In this document: one piece after another, positions 54,201-64,000 of the stretch
How the letters are laid out: each line of letters starts with the position of its first letter
How positions within the stretch are numbered: position 1 is the first letter of the stretch
Translations under genes and position numbers: made by a program
The notes under the pieces: model-generated
The model's database searches: none
What the model was told of the DNA's origin: nothing
Seen by the model: the letters and a program-made list of their open reading frames with translations, nothing else
Source: the human T2T-CHM13v2.0 reference genome, Homo sapiens
Reading direction: 5' to 3' (one strand)
NCBI RefSeq assembly: GCF_009914755.1
Contig: NC_060933.1
DNA: 64,000 bases

Positions 54201-57200
54201 AATGGAATGGAATGGAATGGAATCAACCCGAGTGCAATGGAATGGAGTGGAATGGAATGGAATGGAATGGAACAACCCGAATGGAATGGAATGTAATGGA
54301 GAGTAAGGGAGTTGAATAGAATCAATCCGAATGTAATGGAATGGAATGGAACGGAATGGAATTGAATGGAATGGAATGGAATGCAATGGAATGGAATCAA
54401 CCCGAGTGCAATGGAATGGAGAGGAATGGAATGGAATGCAATGGAAACTACCCGAATCGAATGTAATGGAGTGTAAGGGAATTGAATAGAATCAATCCGA
54501 ATGTAATGGAATGGAATGGAACGGAATGGAATGGAATGGAATGGAATGGAATGGAATGCAATGGAATGGAATCAACCCGAGTGCAATCAAATGGAATCGA
54601 ATGGAATGGAATGCAATGGAATGGATTCAACTTGAATGGAATGGAAAGAATGGAATCAACACGAGTGGAATGGCATGGATTGGAATGGAATGGAATGGAA
54701 TCAACCCGAGTACAGGGGAATGGAATGGAATGGAATGCAATGGAATGGAATCAACCGTAATGGAATGGAAAGGAATGGAATGGAATGGAATGGAATGGAA
54801 TGGAATGGAATGGAATCAACTCGATTGCCATCGAATGGAATGGAATGGAATTAACCCGAATAGAATGGAATGGAATGGAATGGAACGGAACGGAATGGAA
54901 TGGAATGGAATGGAATGGAATGGAATGGAATGGAACGGAACGGAATGGAATGGAATGGAATGGAATGGAATCAACGCGAGTGCAGGGGAATGGAATGGAA
55001 TGGAATGCAATGGAATGGAATCTTCCGGAATGGAATGGAATGGAATGGAATGGAATGAAATGCAATGGATTCAACTCGATTGCAATGGAATGGAATAGAA
55101 TGGAATGGAATGGAATGGAATTAATCCGAATAGAATGGAATGGAATGCAATGGAACGGAATGGAACGGAATGGAATGGAATGGAATGGAATGGAATTGTA
55201 TGGAACGGAATGGAATGGTACGGAATAGAATGGAATGGAACGAATTGTAATGGAATGGAATTGAATGGAATGGAATGGAATGGAATGGAATCAACGCGAG
55301 TGCAGGGGAATGTAATGGAAAGGAATGCAATGGAATGGAATCATCCGGAATGGAATGGAATGGAATGGAATGGAATGGAATCAACCCGAGTGCAATGGAA
55401 TGGAGTGGAATGGAATGGAATGGAATGGAACAACCCGAATGGAATGGAATGTAATGGAGAGTAAGGGAGTTGAATAGAATCAATCCGAATGTAATGGAAT
55501 GGAATGCAACGGAATGGAATGGAATGGAATGGAATGGAATGCAATGGAATTGAATCAACCCGAGTACAATGGAATGGAATGGAATGGAATGGAATGGAAT
55601 GGAATGGAATGATACGGAATAGAATGGAATGGAACGAAATGGAATGGAATGGAATGGAATGGAATGGAATGGAATGGAATGGAATGGAATGGAATCGTTC
55701 CGAGTGGAATATGAGGGAATGTATTCGAGTGGAATGGAAAGGAATGGTATCAACCAGAGTGGAATGGAAGGGAATGGAATGGAATGGAAACTAATAGAAT
55801 GGAATCAACCCGAGTGGAATGGAAAGGAAAGGACTGGAATGGAATGGAATGGAATGGAATCAACTCGATTGTAATGGAATGGAATGGAATGGAATGGAAT
55901 GCAATGGAATGGAATCAACCCGAGTGCAATGGAATGGAGAGGAATGGAATGGAATGCAATGGAAACTACCCGAATCGAATGTAATGGAGTGTAAGGGAAT
56001 TGAATAGAATCAATCCGAATGTAATGGAATGGAATGGAACGGAATGGAATGGAATGGAATGGAATGGAATGGAATGCAATGGAATGGAATCAACCCGAGT
56101 GCAATCAAATGGAATCGAATGGAATGGAATGCAATGGAATGGATTCAACTTGAATGGAATGGAAAGAATGGAATCAACACGAGTGGAATGGCATGGATTG
56201 GAATGGAATGGAATGGAATCAACCCGAGTACAGGGGAATGGAATGGAATGGAATGCAATGGAATGGAATCAACCGTAATGGAATGGAAAGGAATGGAATG
56301 GAATGGAATGGAATGGAATGGAATGGAATGGAATCAACTCGATTGCCATCGAATGGAATGGAATGGAATTAACCCGAATAGAATGGAATGGAATGGAATG
56401 GAACGGAACGGAATGGAATGGAATGGAATGGAATGGAATGGAATGGAATGGAACGGAACGGAATGGAATGGAATGGAATGGAATGGAATCAACGCGAGTG
56501 CAGGGGAATGGAATGGAATGGAATGCAATGGAATGGAATCTTCCGGAATGGAATGGAATGGAATGGAATGGAATGAAATGCAATGGATTCAACTCGATTG
56601 CAATGGAATGGAATAGAATGGAATGGAATGGAATGGAATTAATCCGAATAGAATGGAATGGAATGCAATGGAACGGAATGGAACGGAATGGAATGGAATG
56701 GAATGGAATGGAATTGTATGGAACGGAATGGAATGGTACGGAATAGAATGGAATGGAACGAATTGTAATGGAATGGAATTGAATGGAATGGAATGGAATG
56801 GAATGGAATCAACGCGAGTGCAGGGGAATGTAATGGAAAGGAATGCAATGGAATGGAATCATCCGGAATGGAATGGAATGGAATGGAATGGAATGGAATC
56901 AACCCGAGTGCAATGGAATGGAGTGGAATGGAATGGAATGGAATGGAACAACCCGAATGGAATGGAATGTAATGGAGAGTAAGGGAGTTGAATAGAATCA
57001 ATCCGAATGTAATGGAATGGAATGCAACGGAATGGAATGGAATGGAATGGAATGGAATGCAATGGAATTGAATCAACCCGAGTACAATGGAATGGAATGG
57101 AATGGAATGGAATGGAATGGAATGGAATGATACGGAATAGAATGGAATGGAACGAAATGGAATGGAATGGAATGGAATGGAATGGAATGGAATGGAATGG

Positions 57201-60200
57201 AATGGAATGGAATCGTTCCGAGTGGAATAGGAGGGAATGTATTCGAGTGGAATGGAAAGGAATGGTATCAACCAGAGTGGAATGGAAGGGAATGGAATGG
57301 AATGGAAACTAATAGAATGGAATCAACCCGAGTGGAATGGAAAGGAAAGGACTGGAATGGAATGGAATCAACTCGATTGTAATGGAATGGAATGGAATGG
57401 AATGGAATGGAATGGAATGGAATGGAATGGAATGGAATTAACCCGAATAAAATGGAATGGAATGGAATGGAACGGAATGGAGTGGAATGGAATGGAATCA
57501 ACCCGAGTGCAGGGGAATGGAATGGAATGGAATGCAATGGAATGGAATCATCCGGAATGGAATGGAATGGAATGGAATGCAAAGCAATGGAATCAACTCG
57601 ATTGCAATGGAATGGAATGGAATGGAAAGGAATACAATGGAATCAACCCGAGTGGAATGGAATGGAAAGTACTGGAATGGAGTGGAATGGAATGGAATGG
57701 AATGGAATGGAATCAACTCGATTGGAATGGAATGGAATAGAATGGAATGGAATTAACCCGAATACAATGGAATGGAATGGAATGGAACGGAACGGATTGG
57801 AATGGAATGGAATGGAATGGAATGGAACGGAATGGAATCAACCCGACTGCAGGGGAATGGAATGGAATGGAAGGCAATGGAATGGATTCAACTTGAATGG
57901 AATGGAAAGAATGGAATCAACACGAGTGGAATGGCATGGATTGGAATGGAATGGAATGGAATCAACCCGAGTACAGGGGAATGGAATGGAATGGAATGCA
58001 ATGGAATGGAATCATCCGTAATGGAATGGAAAGGAATGGAATGGAATGGAATGGAATGGAATGGAATGGAATCAACTCGATTGCAATCGAATGGAATGAA
58101 ATGGAATTAACCCGAATACAATGGAACGGAATGGAATGGAACGGAAAGGAACGGAATGGAACGGAACGGAGTGGAATGGAATGGAATGGAATTGTATGGA
58201 ATGGTATGGCATGGTACGGAATAGAATGGAATGGAAAGAATTGGAATGGAATGGAATAGAATGGAATGGAATGGAATGGAATGGAATCAACCCGAGTGCA
58301 GGGGAATGTAATGGAAAGGAATGCAATGGAATGGAATCATCCGGAATGGAATGGAATGGAATGGAATGGAATGGAATGGAATGGAATGGAATCAACCCGA
58401 GTGCAATGGAATGGAGTGGAATGGAATGGAATGGAATGGAACAACCCGAATGGAATGGAATGTAATGGAGAGTAAGGGAGTTGAATAGAATCAATCCGAA
58501 TGTAATGGAATGGAACGGAATGGAATGGAATGGAATGGAATGGAATGGAATGGAATGCAATGGAATGGGATCAACCCGAGTACAATGGAACGGAATGGAA
58601 TGGAATGTAATGGAATGGAATGGAATGGAATGGAATGGAATGGAATGGAATGGAATCAACCCGAGTGCAATGGAATGGAGAGGAATGGAATGGAATGGAA
58701 TGGAAACTACCCGAATGGAATGGAATGTAATGGAGCGTAAGGGAATTGAATAGAATCAATCCGAATGGAATGGAATGGAATGGAACGGAATGTAATGGAA
58801 TGGAATGAAATGGAATCAACCCGAGTGCAGGCGAATGGAATGGAATGGAATGCAATGGAATGGAATCATCCGGAATGGAATGGAATGGAATGCAATGGAA
58901 TGGAATGGAATGGAATCAACCCGAGTGCAATGGAATGGAGTGAAATGGAATGGAATGGAATGGAAACAACCAGAATGGATTGGAATATATTGGAGTGTAA
59001 GGGAATTGAATAGAATCAATCTGAATGTAATGAAATGGAATGGAACGGAATGGAATGGAATGGAATGGAATGCAATGGAATGGTATCAACCCGAGTGCAA
59101 TTGAATGGAATCGAATGGAATGGAATGCAATGGAATGGATTCAACTTGAATGGAAAGGAAAGAATGGAATCAACACGAGTGGAATGGCATGGATTGGAAT
59201 GGAATGGAATGGAATCAACCCGAGTACAGGGGAATGGAATGGAATGGAATGCAATAGAATGGAATCATCAGTAATGGAATGGAAAGGAATGGAAAGGACT
59301 GGAATGGAATTGAATGTAATGGAATGGAATGGAATCAACTCGATTGCAATCGAATGGTATGGAATGGAATGGAATCAACTCGATTGCAATCGAATGGAAT
59401 GGAATGGAATTAACCCGAATAGAATGGAATGGAATGGTATGGAACGGAACGGAATGGAATGGAATGGAATGGAATGGAAGGGAAAGGAATGGAATGGAAA
59501 GGAATGGAATGGAATGGAATCAACGCGCGTGCAGGGGAATGGAATGGAATCGAATGGAATGGAAAGGAATGGAATGGAATCAACCCGAGTGCAGGGGAAT
59601 GTAATGGAACGGAATGCAATGGCATGGAATCATCCGGAATGGAATGGAATGGAATCAACCCGAGTGCAATGGAATGGAGTGGAATGGAATGGAATGGAAT
59701 GGAACAACCCGAATGGAATGGAATGTAATGGAGAGTAAGGGAGTTGAAAAGAATCAATCCGAATGTAATGGAATGGAATGGAACGGAATGGAATGGAATG
59801 GAATGGAATGCAATGGAATGGAATCAACCCGAGTACAATGGAATGGAATGGAATGGAATGGAATGGAATGGAATGGAATGCAATGGAATGCAATCTTCCG
59901 GAATGGAATGGAATGGAATGGAATGGAATGCAATGGATTCAACTCGATTGCAATGGAATGGAATAGAATGGAATGGAATGGAATGGAATGGAATGGAATT
60001 AAACCGAATAGAATGCAATGGAATGGAATGGAACGGAACAGAACGGAAAGGAACGGAACGGAGTGGAATGGAATGGAATGGAATTGTATGGAATGGAATG
60101 GAATGGTACGGAATAGAATGGAATGGAAAGAATTGGAATGGAATGGAATCGAATGGAATGGAATGGAATGGAATGGAATCAACCCGAGTGCAAGGGAGTG

Positions 60201-63200
60201 TAATGGAACGGAATGCAATGGAATGGAATCATCCGGAATGGAATGGAATGGAATGGAATGGAATGGAATGGAATGGAATGGAATCAACCCGAGCGCAATG
60301 GAATGGAGTGGAATGGAATGGAATGGAATGGAACAACCCGAATGGAATGGAATGTAATGGAGAGTAAGGGAGTTGAATAGAATCAATCCGAATGTAATGG
60401 AATGGAACGGAATGGAATGGAATGGAATGGAATGGAATGGAATGGAATGGAATGGAATGCAATGGAATGGAATCAACCCGAGTACAAAGGAACGGAATGG
60501 AATGGAATGGAATGGAATGGAATGGAATGGAATGGAATCAACCCAAGTGCAATGGAATGGAGAGGAATGGAATGGAATGGAATGCAATGGAATGGAATCA
60601 TCCGGAATGGAATGGAATGGAATGGAATGCAAAGCAATGGAATCAACTCGATTGCAATGGAATGGAATGGAATGGAAAGGAATACATTGGAATCAACCCG
60701 AGTGGAATGGAATGGAAAGGACTGGAATGGAGTGGAATGGAATGGAATGGAATGGAATGGAATCAACTCGATTGGAATGGAATGGAATGGAATGGAATGG
60801 AATGGAATTAACCAAAATAGAATGGAATGGAATGGAATGGGACGGATCGGAATGGAATGGAATGGAAGGGAATGGAATGGAATGGAAACAACCCGACTGC
60901 AGGGGAATGGAATGGAATGGAATGGAATGGAAGGATACGGAATAGAATGGAATGGAACGGAATGGAATGGAATGGAATGGAATGGAATGGAATCGTTCCG
61001 AGTGGAATAGGAGGGAATGTATTCGAGTGGAATGGAAAGGAATGGAATCAACCAGAGTGGAATGGAAGTTAATGGAATGGAATGGAAACTAATAGAATGG
61101 AATCAACCCGAGTGGAATGGAATGGAAAGGACTGGAATGGAATGGAATGGAATGGAATCAACTAGATTGGAATGGAATGGAATGGAATGGAATGGAATGG
61201 AATGGAATGGAATGGAATTAACCCGAATACAATGCAATGGAATGGAATGGAACGGAATGGAGTGGAATGGAATGGAATCAACCCGAGTGCAGGGGAATGG
61301 AATGGAATGGAATGCAATGGAATGGAATCATCCGGAATGGAATGGAATGGAATGGAATGCAAAGCAATGGAATCAACTCGATTGCAATGGAATGGAATGG
61401 AATGGAAAGGAATACATTGGAATCAACCCGAGTGGAATGGAATGGAAAGGACTGGAATGGAGTGGAATGGAATGGAATGGAATGGAATGGAATCAACTCG
61501 ATTGGAATGGAATGGAATGGAATGGAATGGAATGGAATGGAATTAACCCGAATAGAATGGAATGGAACGGAATGGAATGGAACGGAATGGAATGGAATGG
61601 AATGGAATGGAATGGAAACAACCCGACAGCAGGGGAATGGAATGGAATGGAATGGAAACAACCCGACTGCAGGGGAATGGAATGGAATGGAATGCAAAGG
61701 AATGGATTCAACTTGAATGAAATGGAAAGAATGGAATCAACACGAGTGGAATGGCATGGATTGGAATGGAATGGAATGGAATCAACCCGAGTACAGAGGA
61801 ATGGAATGGGATGGAATGCAATGGAATGGAATCATCCGTAATGGAATGGAAAGGAATGGAATGGAATGGAATGGAATGGAATGGAATCAACTCGATTGCA
61901 ATCGAACGGAATGGAATGGAATTAACCCGAATAGAATGGAATGGAATGGAATGGAACGGAACGGAACGGAATGGAATGGATTGGAATGGAATGGAATGGA
62001 ATGGAACGGAAAGGAATGGAATGGAATGGAATGGAATGGAATGGAATCAACGCGAGTGCAGGGGAATGGAATGGAATGGAATGCAATGGAATGGAATCTT
62101 CCGGAATGGAATGGAATGGAATGGAATGGAATGGAATTGAATGGAATCAACCCGATTGCAATGGAATGGAGTGGAATGGAATGGAATGGAATGGAACAAC
62201 CCGAATGGAATGGAATGTAATGGAGAGTAAGGGAGTTGAATAGAATCAATCCGAATGTAATGGAATGGAATGGAACGGAATGGAATTGAATGGAATGGAA
62301 TGGAATGCAATGGAATGGAATCAACCCGAGTGCAATGGAATGGAGAGGAATGGAATGGAATGCAATGGAAACTACCCGAATGGAATGTAATGGAGTTTAA
62401 GGGAATTGAATAGAATCAATCCGAATGTAATGGAATGGAATGGAACGGAATGGAATGGAATGGAATGGAATGGAATGTAATGGAATGCAATGGAATGGAA
62501 TCAACCCGAGTGCAATCAAATGGAATCGAATGGAATGGAATGCAATGGAATGGATTCAACTTGAATGGAATGGAAAGAATGGAATCAACACGAGTGGAAT
62601 GGCATGGATTGGAATGGAATGGAATGGAATCAACCCGAGTACAGGGGAATGGAATGGAATGGAATGCAATGGAATGGAATCAACCGTAATGGAATGGAAA
62701 GGAATGGAATGGAATGGAATGGAATGGAATGGAATGGAATGGAATGGAATCAACTCGATTGCAATCGAATGGAATGGAATGGAATTAACCCGAATAGAAT
62801 GGAATGGAATGGAATGGAACGGAACGGAATGGAATGGAATGGAATGGAATGGAATGGAATGGAACGGAACGGAATGGAATGGAATGTAATGGAATGGAAT
62901 CAACGCGAGTGCAGGGGAATGGAATGGAATGGAATGCAATGGAATGGAATCTTCCGGAATGGAATGAAATGGAATGGAATGGAATGAAATGCAATGGATT
63001 CAACTCGATTGCAATGGAATGGAATAGAATGGAATGGAATGGAATGGAATGGAATTAATCCGAATAGAATGGAATGGAATGCAATGGAACGGAATGGAAC
63101 GGAATGGAATGGAATGGAATGGAATGGAATGCAATTGTATGGAATGGAATGGAATGGTACGGAATAGAATGGAATGGAACGAATTGTAATGGAATGGAAT

Positions 63201-64000
63201 TGAATGGAATGGAATGGAACGGAATGGAATCAACGCGAGTGCAGGGGAATGTAATGGAAAGGAATGCAATGGAATGGAATCATCCGGAATGGAATGGAAT
63301 GGAATGGAATGGAATGGAATGGAATCAACCCGAGTGCAATGGAATGGAGTGGAATGGAATGGAATGGAATGGAACAACCAGAATGGAATGGAATGTAATG
63401 GAGTGTAAGGGAGTTGAATAGAATCAATCCGAATGTAATGGAATGGAATGCAACGGAATGGAATGGAATGGAATGGAATTGAATGCAATGGAATTGAATC
63501 AACCCGAGCACAGTGGAATGGAATGGAATGGAATGGAATGGAATGGAATGGAATGGAATGATACGGAATAGAATGGAATGGAACGAAATGGAATGGAATG
63601 GAATGGAATGGAATGGAATGGAATGGAATGGAATCAACCCGAGTGCAGGGGAATGGAATGGAATGGAATGCAAAGGAATGAAATCATCCGGAATGGAATG
63701 GAATGGAATGGAATGCAAAGCAATGGAATCAACTCGATTGCAATGGAATGGAATGGAATGGAAAGGAATACATTGGAATCAACCCGAGTGGAATGGAATG
63801 GAAAGGACTGGAATGGAGTGGAATGGAATGGAATGGAATGGAATGGAATCAAATCGATTGGAATGGAATGGAATGGAATGGAATTAACCCGAATAGAATG
63901 GAATGGAATGGAATGGAACGGAACGGAATGGAATGGAATGGAATGGAATGGAATGGATGGAATGGAATGGAATCAACCCGACTGCAGGGGAATGGAATGG
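51277..64000 (+). repeat. Dialect-B HSat3 domain with irregular modular (0.7-2 kb) duplications
   Basis: Recurrent B motifs (caacgcgagt, cttccgg, gagagtaagggagttg, ttcaacttgaa...ggaaagaat, ggagggaatgtattcg, ggactgg) at irregular spacing, without the 10.3 kb period. Confidence 0.8.
54364..57390 (+). repeat. Tandem duplication, 2 x ~1518 bp
   Basis: Identical ORFs at offset 1518 (54482/56000, 54511/56029, 55121/56639). Rare variants gattgccatc and ctacccgaatcgaat are present in both copies. Confidence 0.92.

Larger units (their letters stand above)
5148..64000 (+). repeat. Satellite III (HSat3) array, right arm; GGAAT on + strand
   Basis: Continuous (GGAAT)n with CAACCCGAGT/CAACCCGAAT/CAACTCGATT variants and no non-satellite insertion seen. 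Continues off the right edge. Species, chromosome and subfamily cannot be fixed by eye. Confidence 0.97.

Noticed and set aside
1-64000. Hundreds of ORFs encoding MEWNG- or IPFHS-repeat peptides
   Set aside because: (GGAAT)n and (ATTCC)n lack stop codons in all frames, so ORFs appear in all six frames with 5-aa periodicity. There is no domain, codon or splice evidence.
5148-64000. CRISPR-like alternation of repeats and 'spacers'
   Set aside because: The interspersed words are short, recurrent, pentamer-derived variants rather than unique spacers. There are no fixed-length repeats and no cas genes.
1-64000. Assignment to a specific chromosome or subfamily (e.g. 9q12, Yq12 DYZ1, HSat2)
   Set aside because: HSat2 is excluded by the absence of dense CATTCGATTC/GATGAT structure. 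The 3.1-3.6 kb recurrence is irregular and not a DYZ1-type homogeneous unit. Exact placement needs alignment to T2T assemblies.
1-64000. Transposon insertion, telomeric repeat or G-quadruplex cluster
   Set aside because: No Alu, L1, poly-A, TSD or TTAGGG tract was seen. G3-G4 runs (gcagggg, taaggg) are isolated rather than clustered in fours.

Overview
The whole 64 kb window is primate (most likely human) classical satellite III (HSat3): diverged (GGAAT/ATTCC)n pentamers interspersed with CAACCCGA(G/A)T-type 10-mers. I find no supportable gene, RNA gene, transposon or CRISPR array, and the ORFs are translation artefacts of the pentamer (MEWNG/IPFHS). The information is in the architecture. 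(1) A strand switch (inversion junction) lies at 5148-5149, with reverse-complement homology between the two arms. (2) Two sequence dialects are present: A (1 to ~14.6 kb) and B (51.3-64 kb). (3) Four near-identical ~10.3 kb higher-order repeat (HOR) units span 9975-51276. Each unit is an A+B chimera made by duplicating the domain boundary, and the variant pattern suggests two-step amplification. (4) A very young 1518-bp tandem duplication lies at 54364-57390. (5) About 35 perfect three-unit heat-shock elements (nGAAnnTTCnnGAAn) occur only in dialect B, seven per HOR unit. All comparisons and counts were made by eye and need alignment to confirm. I cannot claim a new biological system; the HSE-bearing chimeric HOR is the best functional lead.
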